A stretch of 64,000 nucleotides of DNA from Candidatus Spongiisociaceae bacterium (lineage in GTDB: Bacteria; Actinomycetota; Acidimicrobiia; Spongiisociales; Spongiisociaceae): positions 2,656,001 through 2,720,000 of the forward strand of contig CBDCOH010000002.1 in the NCBI GenBank assembly GCA_965219685.1, in the 5' to 3' direction. Below the pieces are notes generated by a model, which did not search any database, was not told where the DNA came from, and saw only the letters and a program-made list of their open reading frames with translations. The position numbers and the translations under genes are program-made. Positions 44,545 through 56,767 of this stretch are shown here, piece by piece. How positions within the stretch are numbered: position 1 is the first letter of the stretch; every line of letters begins with the position of its first letter.

Positions 44545-45597
44545 TCACCGGCGCGCCACCAGCACCAGGAAGTCGCCCAGTCCGCGCGGGTGGAGGAGGG
44601 TCTCGATCTCCTTCACCTTGCTGCGGACCCGGAGCCGCTCGAGAGGATCGCCTCTCCGGGCCAGATCGAGTTCCTCGGCCCGAAGACTTCTCAGCCGGTC
44701 GCCGAGTCCCAGATCGGCCAGGAACTCGCGCTGCCGGACCAACTCGCAGTCCAGACCTCTCTCGCGCGCCACCCCGAGCAGCGCGGAGAAGTCGACATCG
44801 GCGGTCAAATCGGTCGACCCCGGGTCGTCGAGCGGGTGCGGTCCCAGGTGATGGGACCGGTACGTACGAAGGGTCCCTTCCCGGCGCCGTTTCGTCAATC
44901 CGGCCGACGTGTCGCCGTAGTCGATCACCAGTATGGACCCGGCTACCAGCCGCCCGATCATGCGCCCCAGCCAGGCCGCCGCCTCCAGCTGGCATTCCAC
45001 CACTCCACCCTCGGGAGCACCGGTCGCGTTCGAGTCCAGCCATGCCAGAACCTCCCGGCGGGCCGGGACACGGGTCAGCGCCAGGTCGGGACCGCTGAGC
45101 GTCACCCAGCGCTCAGTCCAGCCATCGGGATCCCGGACTGCGATAGCCATCGGGAGGTTGTCCGTGAGTTCGTTGGCGATCACCACCCCCCGTAGCCGCC
45201 TGAGCAAACGGCCCGGAGACACAACCGCGACCTCGGGGAGGCGGGTCGCGATGGCTTCCCGGGCGGCGCGAGAAGCCTCCACGGCCATCGCCCGGGGGGT
45301 GAAGCCGAGCCCGCCCAGCAGCGCCTCCAGGAGGGATCCCGACCCGGCGCCGGCTTCCAGGACCGTGAAGTCGTCGGGGCGACCGAGCCGGTCGTACTCG
45401 CGCTCCACGTACCGGGCGAGGGTCGCCCCGAACTCGGGGCTGACCTCCGGGCTGGTGAGAAAGTCCCCCTGCTCGTGGGACCGGAGCGGGCCGGTGGCGA
45501 AGTAACCCCCGCGGGGATCGTAGAGCGCCATGTCCATGAACCGCTCGAACGGGATGGGTCCACCCCGATCGATCTCGCCGGCGATGCGGTCCCTCAA
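44545..45597 (-). CDS. SAM-dependent methyltransferase, MidA/NDUFAF7 family
   Basis: GPIPFERFMDMALY..GYF, GDFLTSPE, EAGAGSG, ANELTDNLP, IDYG, DLTADVDF; start approximate. Confidence 0.88.
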   Translation of the reverse strand: MRDRIAGEIDRGGPIPFERFMDMALYDPRGGYFATGPLRSHEQGDFLTSPEVSPEFGATLARYVEREYDRLGRPDDFTVLEAGAGSGSLLEALLGGLGFTPRAMAVEASRAAREAIATRLPEVAVVSPGRLLRRLRGVVIANELTDNLPMAIAVRDPDGWTERWVTLSGPDLALTRVPARREVLAWLDSNATGAPEGGVVECQLEAAAWLGRMIGRLVAGSILVIDYGDTSAGLTKRRREGTLRTYRSHHLGPHPLDDPGSTDLTADVDFSALLGVARERGLDCELVRQREFLADLGLGDRLRSLRAEELDLARRGDPLERLRVRSKVKEIETLLHPRGLGDFLVLVARR

Positions 45598-45607
45598 GCG
45601 GGCGCCG

Positions 45608-47542
<1,935 letters not shown>

Positions 47543-48367
47543 CTACAACCTCGGCAGCAGGGTATCCAACAGGTCCCGGAAGCGGTCGGCGGCCTGCTCG
47601 GCGCATTCGATCACTTCCTCTGCCGTGATCCTGCGCCCGGCCAGGCCCGCGGCCCGGTTGGTGCACAGCGAGATGGCCAGCACCTCAGCGCCCATGTGGC
47701 GCGCAGCCGTCGCCTCCGGGACGGTCGACATGCCCACCAGCGATGCACCCAGGGTTATCGCCATCCTGATCTCGGCCGGGGTCTCGAACATGGGTCCGTG
47801 CCACCAGAGGTACACGCCCTCGCCCAGGCTCACGCCCACTTCGGCGGCCGCGGCGCGAGCCTTGTCGCGCAGGGCCGGGGTGTACACGTCCGTCATGTCG
47901 GGAAAGCGGGGACCGAGTCGCTCGTCATTGTCGCCCTTGAGTGGGCTCACTCCGGAGAGGTTGATGTGGTCCGTGATGAGGACCAGGTCCCCCGGCTCGA
48001 TCCCGTCGGCACATCCTCCGGAAGCATTGGTCAGCACGACCTTCCGGCACCCTGCCAGTACCGCGGTCCGGACAGCGAAGGTGAGCGCCTCCGGCGCGTA
48101 GCCCTCGTACGCATGGACCCGCCCGGAGAACAGCAGCACCCGGTTGTCGCCCCGTTCCACGGAAAAGGCGGTGCCCGAATGGCCCGGCGCCCCCGGAGCC
48201 GGGAAGCCCGGGATGTCCTCGTACGGTATCGCCACCGCGCCGTCGAGAGTATGCGGGTAGCCGCCCAGGCCGGAGCCCAGGACCACCGCCACGTCGTGCC
48301 GGTCGCGGCCGGTGCGCCGGGCGATCGTATCGGCGGCCACTGTGAGACGTCCGTGGAGACTGGTCAT
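47543..48367 (-). CDS. punA: Purine nucleoside phosphorylase (trimeric type)
   Basis: VVLGSGLG, GRVHAYEG, LTNASGG, DHIN, GPMFETPAE, VGMSTVPE. Confidence 0.9.
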   Translation of the reverse strand: MTSLHGRLTVAADTIARRTGRDRHDVAVVLGSGLGGYPHTLDGAVAIPYEDIPGFPAPGAPGHSGTAFSVERGDNRVLLFSGRVHAYEGYAPEALTFAVRTAVLAGCRKVVLTNASGGCADGIEPGDLVLITDHINLSGVSPLKGDNDERLGPRFPDMTDVYTPALRDKARAAAAEVGVSLGEGVYLWWHGPMFETPAEIRMAITLGASLVGMSTVPEATAARHMGAEVLAISLCTNRAAGLAGRRITAEEVIECAEQAADRFRDLLDTLLPRL

Positions 48368-48400
48368 CCTCCGCACCGTAGTGCCGCGGTCACGATGTGC

Positions 48401-49123
48401 TCAGCAGTCGATAAGGGCATCGAGGCCGATCCCTATCATCGCCTCCACCGCTTCGTACACCACCGTGCGATGGGGATCGTATACCTTCTCGCGGTGCATA
48501 GGGTTGCCGTCCGCCACCAGGACAGCTCCCGTCTCGACCGAGTTGAGCGCTCCGTTGACGAACAGGGCGGCGCACTCCATCTCAACGGCAACCGCGCCGG
48601 CTTGATGCCAGAGTCCCAGGTCTCCGCCCAGTACTTCACCCGGGTAGAACAACGAATGCGTCAGCACGATCCCTTCGTGTGCCACTCGCCCGGCGGCTGC
48701 GGCCGCCCTCCGAAGCGCCACGATGACGTCCACCGAAGCGACTGCCGGAAACGCCGGCGGAACCATCGAGTCCGTAACCCCGTCCGCCCGGACGGCCGCG
48801 GTCACGATCACCAGATCTCCGTCCTCGACCTCGACCTTGAGCCCGCCGCATGTACCTGTACGAATGATCCGTGTCGCTCCCGCCCGGGCCAGTTCCTCGA
48901 AGGTAATGGCCGCGCCCGGAGCCCCGACACCGTGGGAGGACACCGCGACGTCCACGCCGCGGTGCTTTCCCCCGAACGTGACGTACTCACGGAACCGTCC
49001 CAGCAGGCGGGTCTCCTGCAGTTGGGACGCGGCAAGTTCGGCCCGGGCTGGATCACCCATGACCAGCACCCTCTCGGGAAGCTCATCGGGATCTACCCTC
49101 AGGATCGGGGTTCTGTCGGTCAC
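48401..49123 (-). CDS. Nucleoside phosphorylase (Udp/DeoD-like NP-I family)
   Basis: GDPARA, REY, SHGVGAP, IIRTGTCG, VEMECAALF; GTG start with GAGGAGG RBS. Confidence 0.88.
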   Translation of the reverse strand: MTDRTPILRVDPDELPERVLVMGDPARAELAASQLQETRLLGRFREYVTFGGKHRGVDVAVSSHGVGAPGAAITFEELARAGATRIIRTGTCGGLKVEVEDGDLVIVTAAVRADGVTDSMVPPAFPAVASVDVIVALRRAAAAAGRVAHEGIVLTHSLFYPGEVLGGDLGLWHQAGAVAVEMECAALFVNGALNSVETGAVLVADGNPMHREKVYDPHRTVVYEAVEAMIGIGLDALIDC

Positions 49124-49351
49124 CAGTACACCTCCTCGGGTGGGACGCCGGGGCTGGACGAGTAGTTCCAAGGGATCTGACCGGAAGGACTATACTCTAC
49201 TATGTTCTACACAACGCTGTACAACACATTTATAACTCGAATGTGTCTGTTCCTGGACTCGGACCCCTCGCAGCCGCTATCGCGAAGAGCCCCCCTCGGC
49301 GTAACCGCGAGACCAAACAGTGCTATGGAGGATGGCAAATGATCCGACCTC

Positions 49352-49409
49352 ACGGTAACTACCGATTGCCAACTATAGACTACAGACTACCGACTAGGAA
49401 CTAATCATC
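49352..49409 (-). repeat. Degenerate TAG-containing heptamer array after the hipA stop
   Basis: TGATTAG TTCCTAG TCGGTAG TCTGTAG TCTATAG TTGGCAA TCGGTAG on the minus strand. Confidence 0.85.
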
Positions 49410-50632
49410 TAGGCACGGAGTTGCTCGGCCCGCGCCGACATGTCGTCATGAAGCCGGGCGGTCGTGGGCGCATCGAAGCCGATTTCGCCGACCCGGTCTA
49501 TCCAAGCCGTGCTCTTCTCGCAGATCTCCTGGATCTTGCGGCGGGTGAGGCGGGGCGGAATATCGAAAGATCCGGCGAAACGAACCAGATCACGGCCGCG
49601 GATACGGTTGGCCCGACCGTCGACATGCAGGGCCAGGAGGTCGTCCACAGGGTAGGGACGGGTAGATACCAAGTCGTACGCCGGGGTGGGTTCCACGATC
49701 GATTCGGAGGGCACCCACCGCACGCTGATGTTCTTGGCGTGCATATCGCCGTTCACTATCAGGTAGGAAAACGCGGTCAGGCGGACCAACTCCAGAATAG
49801 CCGCCTTGGGTGACGAAGCCACTGTGGCCACCCTCCGAATGACCTCACGCATCGACAGACGATACTTGTCCGCCGGCCAGCGTCCAGACAACTGGCAGGC
49901 ATCTTCCTGAGCTATGCGGCTGACCACTCCCTCCTCGGTAACCCGGTCGAACCGCTCTACCAGCAGGCCCGACTTCCCCAAGCGATCCTGAACGACCCGT
50001 AGCGGCGGTACCCGGAACCCGCACGACGACGCCATGGCGAGGAAGAACGCCTCGTTCTCGACCAGTAGCGGATAGCGCTCAGGGGTGAGTTTCAGAATTG
50101 CCGGCCCACCTCCCGCCCTGACCGGGAAGGAAATGAGAGCATCGGAGAGCTTGTCCTGTACCCCTGGAATCGCGGTGTCGAACTGCTGGTCGGTCACGGA
50201 GACCGAGCGGGCGAACAACTCGGCGAACGAGACATCCGTAGGATCCTGCACGCCCGGGGTGGCACCCGGATCGAGAGGACGCTCTCCGACGGGCACCACC
50301 GTCACATCCCCGACCGCGTCACCGGCCACCACCAGCAGGAGAGACATCTCGTCGTCTGCAGAGGTCTTGGCGCCCGATATGATCGCCTGGAGCCGCGCCC
50401 CCTCGGGTAGCAACCCGGCAAAGAAGGCGGGAACCGCGCCTCCCGGAGTGCGGTACGGTTCTCGACGTACAGGAAGGGTCGATGCCACCCTTCGACCCCC
50501 CGCCCGCAAGTATCCCGGTTCATACGCGAACTCGACATGATCGGTCATCCGCCGAAGGCGCCCGGCGAGGACATCACGCTTGAACACATCGGCGACATCC
50601 ACCGCCTTGGCTTCGGAGGCGTCGCTGATCAA
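49409..50632 (-). CDS. hipA: HipA-family kinase toxin (HipA-N + HipA-C)
   Basis: FFAGLLPEG, IPGVQDK, ENE, LVERFDR, QEDACQ, NGDMHAKN, PAYDL. Confidence 0.92.
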   Translation of the reverse strand: MISDASEAKAVDVADVFKRDVLAGRLRRMTDHVEFAYEPGYLRAGGRRVASTLPVRREPYRTPGGAVPAFFAGLLPEGARLQAIISGAKTSADDEMSLLLVVAGDAVGDVTVVPVGERPLDPGATPGVQDPTDVSFAELFARSVSVTDQQFDTAIPGVQDKLSDALISFPVRAGGGPAILKLTPERYPLLVENEAFFLAMASSCGFRVPPLRVVQDRLGKSGLLVERFDRVTEEGVVSRIAQEDACQLSGRWPADKYRLSMREVIRRVATVASSPKAAILELVRLTAFSYLIVNGDMHAKNISVRWVPSESIVEPTPAYDLVSTRPYPVDDLLALHVDGRANRIRGRDLVRFAGSFDIPPRLTRRKIQEICEKSTAWIDRVGEIGFDAPTTARLHDDMSARAEQLRA

Positions 50633-50847
50633 GGCCTACGCACCGGGTAGCGGGGTCGGGAGACGATGTCCAGACCCACGGCGTCGCAGATGGCAATCAG
50701 GTTGCGGAGGGTGACGGAGGAGGAGCCACGCTCCACCTCCGAGACCAGGCGACGATTGACGCCGATCAGTTCGGCCACATCGGCCTGGGTGAGCCGCAAC
50801 ACCTTCCGTCGCCGCCGGATCTCGATCCCGATCTCTTCGACACTCAA
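50629..50847 (-). CDS. hipB: HipB/Y4mF-like XRE antitoxin
   Basis: IRRRRK.LRLTQADVAELIGV......VERG HTH; overlaps the hipA start. Confidence 0.85.
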   Translation of the reverse strand: MSVEEIGIEIRRRRKVLRLTQADVAELIGVNRRLVSEVERGSSSVTLRNLIAICDAVGLDIVSRPRYPVRRP

Positions 50848-51006
50848 CGATACCCCCCGAACTAGCGAGATATATGTAACATACAGGGTAGTGTCCGGGT
50901 TGTCCTCGGTAGGAGGCGGACAAGAAGCGAACTATATGTAGCTCTTTGTCGAGCGGCGGGGGTGGTGGCACGGTGGCGGTGCCCTCAGGACCAACCTCTT
51001 GGAAAA

Positions 51007-51046
51007 GCATCGATTTTGAGAGGCGTCGATTTTGAGAGGCATCGAT
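51007..51046. repeat. 16-bp direct repeat x2.5 (GCRTCGATTTTGAGAG)
   Basis: Read directly. Confidence 0.9.
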
Positions 51047-51089
51047 CCTTCTTCAACCCTCATGATGGCCACACGGACGCGGCGCCGCC

Positions 51090-53060
51090 TCACACAACCC
51101 GTTCGTTCCCTCCGTCAACAGGGATCTGGGCGCCCGTCGTGGCGGCGAAGGTAGCGCTGCACAGTTCCGTCACAACGCCGGCTACCTGCTTCGAGGTCAC
51201 TTCAGTGGCCAGCAGGTTGCGCGTGCGGTATTCCTCCGCCGTCATCCCGTACACGGCGGCGCGCCCGGCGATGAGCTCATCGCTCCAGAGGCCTGTGTCG
51301 AACACGCCGTCAGGGTGGACTACGTTCACCCGGATACCGTCTGCCGCCCACTCGAGCGCCGCCACCCTCGCCAGTTGCGTCACAGCCGCCTTCGAGGCGG
51401 AGTAGGCCGCCGCACCACGGCCTGGCGCCGGCACGTTCTTCGAGCCGACCACGACCACCCGGCCGCCGACCGGGGAGCGGGCAAGCAACGGGTGCACCGA
51501 TGCCAGCAGGCTCGCCACCGCGTCCGTGTTGACGGCCTGAACCGAACGCCACCGGGCGGTGTCGAGGTCACTGAGAGGCCCCGGCCGGCCGAACACCCCT
51601 GCCGCAGCCACGGCGATGTCGACGCCTCCGAACCGTTCCACCGTACGGTCGAGTGCCAGTCGCTGAGCTTCGCGATCGGTCACGTCGACTTGAATCCCGT
51701 ACCAGGCCGGACCCGTAAACCTACCGCCCACGCCCGGATCCAGATCGAACCCGGCCACGGCGCACCCGCCGGAGAGTAGTTCAGCGGCGCAGGCGGCTCC
51801 GATCCCGGACGCGGCGCCCGTGACAAGCGCCACCATCCCCGCGAACCTCGGCGGCTCACCGGCCCGACGGAGTTTCGCCTGCTCCAGATCCCAGTACTCC
51901 ACTTCGAACAGATCGCCGGAACCGAGGGCAACGTAACCGCCGAGGTGGTCCTCGGCGCGTTCGAGGACCGGCATGGTGTGGTGGTAGATGTCGGCCGCGA
52001 TCCGGGAGGCCTTGGCGCTCTCACCGATTGTCAGCAGGCCCAGGCCCGGGTCTAACACCACTCTGGGCGCGGGATCGAGCATGGTCAGTTCAGTCCGTCC
52101 CCGGTGGCGGTTTTCCTCGAAGTACCTCCCGTAGGCATCGACATACGCGTCGACATCGGCTCCGACCATGGGCAGGCGCTTGGTCCTGATCACGTGGTCG
52201 GGGGTGAGCGGGCCCCGGGACGCCAGGCTATCCAGGTCGGCACGGCGCACGAACCGGCTAGTGGTCCGGTCGGTATGGCGGGCCATGATCATCGGTTTGC
52301 CGGCCGCTTCCGAGATCCGGAGACGCAGGCTGGCCAGTTCCACCGAGCAGGCCGGAGGGAGTGTGTCCGGGTCCGGATCAGCCTGACGGGCATGCGCCTC
52401 CAGCCAGCGCTCGGCAGCCGTAATCAGCCGGATGTGGCGGGTGTAGGCAGCCTTGGTAGTCGACCCGAAGGTGAACAGCCCGTGGTTGAGGAGCACGAGA
52501 CCTTCCATCCCCTCCCGGTACTGCTCCCGCCAGATGGCCACGATCGCCCGGGCCAGGTCGAAGCCCGGCATCACATAGGGGACTATCCCGACCCTCTGGC
52601 CGAACACCTCCCTTACCCGCGCCTCGCCGTCGGCCAGGTTGGTGAGGGTGACGATGGCGTCGGCATGGCTGTGCTGGACCGCACGGTAAGGGAGGAAAGC
52701 ATGCAGGAGGGTCTCCACGGACGGCTGGGGCGCGGCGGGATCCAGCCGGGCGGCCGACAGCTCCCGCATCATGTCGGGGTCGGACAGCCTTTCGAGAGCG
52801 AGCAGATCATGCAGGCGGTCGAGGGGCAGCGGCGTGAACCCGGGCGCTTCGATCGCTCCCAGGTCCCACCCGGAACCCTTCACGTAGAGGGCGTCGATGG
52901 TCCGCCCGGTGATGTCCTCGAACGGCGCCTTGACCGAGGTGTTGCCGCCTCCGTGCAGGACAAGGTAGGGGTCGGAGCCCAGCAACCTGGACCCGTAGAC
53001 ACAGCCACCGAGGGGCCCATCGAATGCAGCCGCCTCAGCGTCTCGCCATCTGTTTTTCAT
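51090..53060 (-). CDS. Bifunctional class II aldolase / short-chain dehydrogenase (RhaD-like fusion)
   Basis: LVLHGGGNTSVK, PSVETLLH, HSHAD, NHG, TPDHVIRTK, EYWDLEQAKL, TGAASGIG, YSASK. Confidence 0.9.
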   Translation of the reverse strand: MKNRWRDAEAAAFDGPLGGCVYGSRLLGSDPYLVLHGGGNTSVKAPFEDITGRTIDALYVKGSGWDLGAIEAPGFTPLPLDRLHDLLALERLSDPDMMRELSAARLDPAAPQPSVETLLHAFLPYRAVQHSHADAIVTLTNLADGEARVREVFGQRVGIVPYVMPGFDLARAIVAIWREQYREGMEGLVLLNHGLFTFGSTTKAAYTRHIRLITAAERWLEAHARQADPDPDTLPPACSVELASLRLRISEAAGKPMIMARHTDRTTSRFVRRADLDSLASRGPLTPDHVIRTKRLPMVGADVDAYVDAYGRYFEENRHRGRTELTMLDPAPRVVLDPGLGLLTIGESAKASRIAADIYHHTMPVLERAEDHLGGYVALGSGDLFEVEYWDLEQAKLRRAGEPPRFAGMVALVTGAASGIGAACAAELLSGGCAVAGFDLDPGVGGRFTGPAWYGIQVDVTDREAQRLALDRTVERFGGVDIAVAAAGVFGRPGPLSDLDTARWRSVQAVNTDAVASLLASVHPLLARSPVGGRVVVVGSKNVPAPGRGAAAYSASKAAVTQLARVAALEWAADGIRVNVVHPDGVFDTGLWSDELIAGRAAVYGMTAEEYRTRNLLATEVTSKQVAGVVTELCSATFAATTGAQIPVDGGNERVV

Positions 53061-53169
53061 CGGTTATCCGTTGCCCGTTGTCGCTTGCCCGTTGTACCGG
53101 GTGTCATGCGCGTGCTATCGGCTCGCTGTCCTAGCTGTCAACGCATCGTAGAGACTCGATGACCGACCA

Positions 53170-53246
53170 CCACTCACCACTCACCACTCACCACTCACCA
53201 CTCACCACTCACCACTCACCACTCACCACTCACCACTCACCACTCA
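53170..53246 (-). repeat. Perfect heptamer array (TGAGTGG)x11 directly after the SDR stop
   Basis: CCACTCA x11 on the + strand. Confidence 0.97.
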
Positions 53247-54029
53247 CTAATACGGTGTATCGCCGCCGTCGACGTTGATGGCCTGACCCCTGATGATCAG
53301 CGCATCGTCCGAAAGGAGAAAGGCGATCACCCTGCCCACCTCCAGCGCGCTCACCCTCCTCGCCAGTTGCGCAGGGCCCATACCCGACAGTAGCTGGTCG
53401 GCCGGTATGTCGAGGCGGGGGGACAACCACTCAGCCACGCCGCGTAGCATCGGGGTGTCGACGCCTCCTGGGCACACCGCGTTCACATTTATACGGTCTT
53501 CGGCCCACTCCATCGAAAGCGACCGGGTGAGACCGATCACCGCGGCCTTGGAGGCGTTATAGGCGGCCATGTTGCGGTAACCGACCTTGCCGCAGTTGGA
53601 CGAGACGTTGACGATGGAGCCTCCGCCGGTGGTCCTCAAGTGCATGCCGACGGCCTTCGCGACCAGGAAGGACCCGGTCACATTGACGTCCAACTGGCGG
53701 TTCCAATCGGAGGCGGTCGCGTCCCAGGCCTCGTCCAGCATCACCGCTCCAGCGTTGTTGACCGCACCGTCGAGGCGCCCGAACCGGTCCAACGTCCCCC
53801 GGACCGCAGCAGCGACATCTTCGACCGAGGAGACATCCCCCTGCAACGCACAGGTCGCGGAGCCATCGGGGTCTACCATCGCGGCGACCCTCTCCGCTCG
53901 GCCGAGATCCAGGTCCACGAGCGCCACCCGGCCACCCTCCTCCAGGATCGCTTGGGTGATGCCGGCCCCGATCCCTCCGGCGGCGCCGGTCACAAGGAAG
54001 ACCCGTCGCGCCAACCTGGGGGCGCTCAT
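53247..54029 (-). CDS. SDR family oxidoreductase
   Basis: TGAAGGIG, NNAG, YNASK, NAVCPG. Confidence 0.9.
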   Translation of the reverse strand: MSAPRLARRVFLVTGAAGGIGAGITQAILEEGGRVALVDLDLGRAERVAAMVDPDGSATCALQGDVSSVEDVAAAVRGTLDRFGRLDGAVNNAGAVMLDEAWDATASDWNRQLDVNVTGSFLVAKAVGMHLRTTGGGSIVNVSSNCGKVGYRNMAAYNASKAAVIGLTRSLSMEWAEDRINVNAVCPGGVDTPMLRGVAEWLSPRLDIPADQLLSGMGPAQLARRVSALEVGRVIAFLLSDDALIIRGQAINVDGGDTPY

Positions 54030-54039
54030 CGCAGCGCTC

Positions 54040-54813
54040 TCACCAGGTGGGCCGGCTGAGTACGCCGCCGTCCACCACCAGGTTGGCGCCGGTGATCCAG
54101 CGGGCCAGGTCAGAGCACAGGAAGACGCAAGCGTCGCCAATGTCCTCCGGTGTACCGAGCCTCCCCATCGGGCACGCGTCCCGCCACCGCCGGACCCCCT
54201 CCGGCCAGGCCGACACAATCCCCGGGCGGCTTATCAGACCGGGCGAGACGGTGTTCACCCGGATGCCCTCAGGTCCGTACGCGAGCGCCGCTGCCCGGGC
54301 GTGCATGATAAGGCCGGCCTTGGAGACCGAGTAGTGACCATGGCCCGGCGCCGGATTGGTCCCCTCGATCGACGAGATGTGGACGATCGAGCCACCCCCT
54401 CCCCGGGTACCCATGGCAGATGCGGCCGCCTGGGTGAGGCGGTGGACCGCGGTCAGGTTGGTGTCGATCATCTCCGACCATTGGGCATCGGTGAGATCCG
54501 CGAAGGGCGCTACAGGTTGGATGCCGGCGTTGTTGACCAGCGCGTCAAGGCGACCGAGGTTCTGCACGACCATATCCACCAGCTCACGCGGACCGTCGAC
54601 CGTGGTCAGGTCCGCCTCCACTCCGGGCAGGGCCTGCCCGCTCCGGTCGCGCAGGTGGCTCACCGGCGAGGAGCGTGTGTGGGCCACCACCGTGGCGCCC
54701 GCTGCCACGAACCGGCGCGCTATCCCGGACCCAATGTTGCCCCCTGCACCTGTGACGACCACAACCCGGCCCGCAAGGTCGATCATGTCGGCCGGAGAGG
54801 GGAGATCACTCAT
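54040..54813 (-). CDS. SDR family oxidoreductase
   Basis: TGAGGNIG, NNAG, YSVSK, PMGRLG. Confidence 0.9.
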   Translation of the reverse strand: MSDLPSPADMIDLAGRVVVVTGAGGNIGSGIARRFVAAGATVVAHTRSSPVSHLRDRSGQALPGVEADLTTVDGPRELVDMVVQNLGRLDALVNNAGIQPVAPFADLTDAQWSEMIDTNLTAVHRLTQAAASAMGTRGGGGSIVHISSIEGTNPAPGHGHYSVSKAGLIMHARAAALAYGPEGIRVNTVSPGLISRPGIVSAWPEGVRRWRDACPMGRLGTPEDIGDACVFLCSDLARWITGANLVVDGGVLSRPTW

Positions 54814-54852
54814 GGCATGGTCCTCTCGGCTGTTCGCGCCCGGAACACTGGA

Positions 54853-55299
54853 CTACTCCCTAACGTAACGGGGGATCCGGCCGGCGGCAGCCGGGTAGCG
54901 GTCCATGAGTTCGGCCGCTTCGCCGAGCTCGAATCCTTCCTCGCGGTAGGGCGGGGCCATGGTGGCGCCCACGAGGGACCAGGCACCCACTGTTCGAGCG
55001 CCCATCCACACTCCGGCCCGCACCGCCAAACACGGTCGCTGCCCTGCGGCCAGATCGTCGCCGAGGACAGGCGCCCGCACTCCTCCCTCCGGTTCCAGCA
55101 GCAGCATCGCCACCGGATCCCCCGCGTAGTGATGCCACAGTTCGGCTGCATCCAGCCGGTGGATGGCCGAGAAATCGCCGGGCTGGAGCAGGTAGTAGAT
55201 ACCGCTCCCGTGTTCGTCCTTCCAAGTGCGAGCCCACATCCCCCCTTCGACGGGGAGCGGTGCCAGACCGAGAAGGGCGACCACTTCGGCGCCGGTCAC
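54853..55299 (-). CDS. Cupin (DUF985/cupin_5)
   Basis: LAPLPVEGG, IYYLL, HRL...ELWHHYAGDP, MAPPY..GFEL. Confidence 0.85.
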   Translation of the reverse strand: MTGAEVVALLGLAPLPVEGGMWARTWKDEHGSGIYYLLQPGDFSAIHRLDAAELWHHYAGDPVAMLLLEPEGGVRAPVLGDDLAAGQRPCLAVRAGVWMGARTVGAWSLVGATMAPPYREEGFELGEAAELMDRYPAAAGRIPRYVRE

Positions 55300-56600
55300 C
55301 GGGCCAGCCGCCTGGCCCGGCGACCCATCTCCGCGTGGACAGGCGCGGCGTCGATCGAGACAACCCGTCCATCGTCCACCACCTGGCGTCCGCCCACCCA
55401 GACCGACCGGACGGCTCCGGGCGATCCGGACCAGACGACGCGGGAGATGGGATCGTCCTCGTCCGGGATCACCGGCTTCAATGCCGGCTCATCACCGTAG
55501 ATCGCCACCATGTCCGCCCATGCACCGGAGGCGAGGCGCCCAAGGTCAGGACGGTCTATGCAGTCGGCAGCCCCGGCGGTGGCCATATGAAGGGCCTGAT
55601 GGGCCGGGAGTACGGCAGCGTCCCCTGCTTTCAGGCGCGCCAGGCGGATCGCCATCCGCATCTCCTCGAACAGATCGAGGCGGTGGTGGGACGCGGGCCC
55701 GTCGGTCCCCAGACCGACCCGGACGCCCGCCTCTACGAGTTCCGGTACTCGAGCAACACCGGAGCCGTGCTTGGCGTTCGAACACGGGCAGTGGGCCACC
55801 GCCGTCCCGTTCCGGGCGAGGATCTCGATGTCATCGTCCGCCATCCATACCGCATGGGCAGCCAGGGCCCGGCCTTCCAGGAGCCCCAGTGACTCGAGGT
55901 ACGCCGGCGCGGACATCCCGGACCGCTCCCGCACCGCACCGTCCTCCCACTCCTGCTCTGCAACGTGGATATGCACCAGCATTCCGGTCTCGGAACCGAT
56001 GGCGGCGATCCGGCGCAGGCACTCGTCGGACAGCGAGTAGGCGGCGTGCGGACCGAGACCCACCTCGATCAGATCGTTCGACGCCCAACGCTCCCATGTG
56101 GCCACCATCTCTTCCAACTGAGCCTGCCAGGTACCGAAGCGGTCGAGTTGGGCATCCTCGATCACCGGCGCTGTCACGAGACACCTGAGGCCGGCATCGG
56201 CGGCGCCTGCCGCCACGGCATCCCCGTGGAAGTACATCTCGACCGAACTGGTGATCCCGTTGGCGAGCAACTCGATAGCACCCGCCTGCATCCCGACCCG
56301 CACGTCCTCCGGGGTCAGGCGAGCTTCTCGCGGCCACATGACCTCGTGGAGCCAACGGTCCACCGGCAGACCCTCCCCCGCTCCCCTGAGCAGCACCATC
56401 GGCGTATGACAGTGGATGTTGACCATTCCCGGCATGAGGACGCCGTCGATGCGATGAACCGTGGCGTCACCAGGGTCGGGCGCCTCGGAAACCGGCCCCG
56501 ACCAGACGACCCGTCCCTCCTCTACGTCCACCACCCCGTCCGGGATCGGACGCTGGTCGCCGGACATGGTCAGCAGCGTGTCTGCTAGGTAACGGTCCAT
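55296..56600 (-). CDS. mtaD: Amidohydrolase, MTA/SAH deaminase (MtaD-like)
   Basis: PGMVNIHCH, GPHAAYS, HIHVAE, AHAVW, HCPCSNAK, LGTDGPAS. Confidence 0.7.
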   Translation of the reverse strand: MDRYLADTLLTMSGDQRPIPDGVVDVEEGRVVWSGPVSEAPDPGDATVHRIDGVLMPGMVNIHCHTPMVLLRGAGEGLPVDRWLHEVMWPREARLTPEDVRVGMQAGAIELLANGITSSVEMYFHGDAVAAGAADAGLRCLVTAPVIEDAQLDRFGTWQAQLEEMVATWERWASNDLIEVGLGPHAAYSLSDECLRRIAAIGSETGMLVHIHVAEQEWEDGAVRERSGMSAPAYLESLGLLEGRALAAHAVWMADDDIEILARNGTAVAHCPCSNAKHGSGVARVPELVEAGVRVGLGTDGPASHHRLDLFEEMRMAIRLARLKAGDAAVLPAHQALHMATAGAADCIDRPDLGRLASGAWADMVAIYGDEPALKPVIPDEDDPISRVVWSGSPGAVRSVWVGGRQVVDDGRVVSIDAAPVHAEMGRRARRLAR

Positions 56601-56767
56601 GCGGCCTCCTGGATGGTGGGCGTCTTGCCCCACCAGTATCCGTTGATGCACTTCGCTTAGGGCTCGGCGACTCGATGATAAGGGACGATCGGGCAAACGA
56701 CACAGCTCAAAGGCACCGACCTCCGTGCGGCCCCGCCACGTAGCCACCGGCCACTATCCTACGGCCC

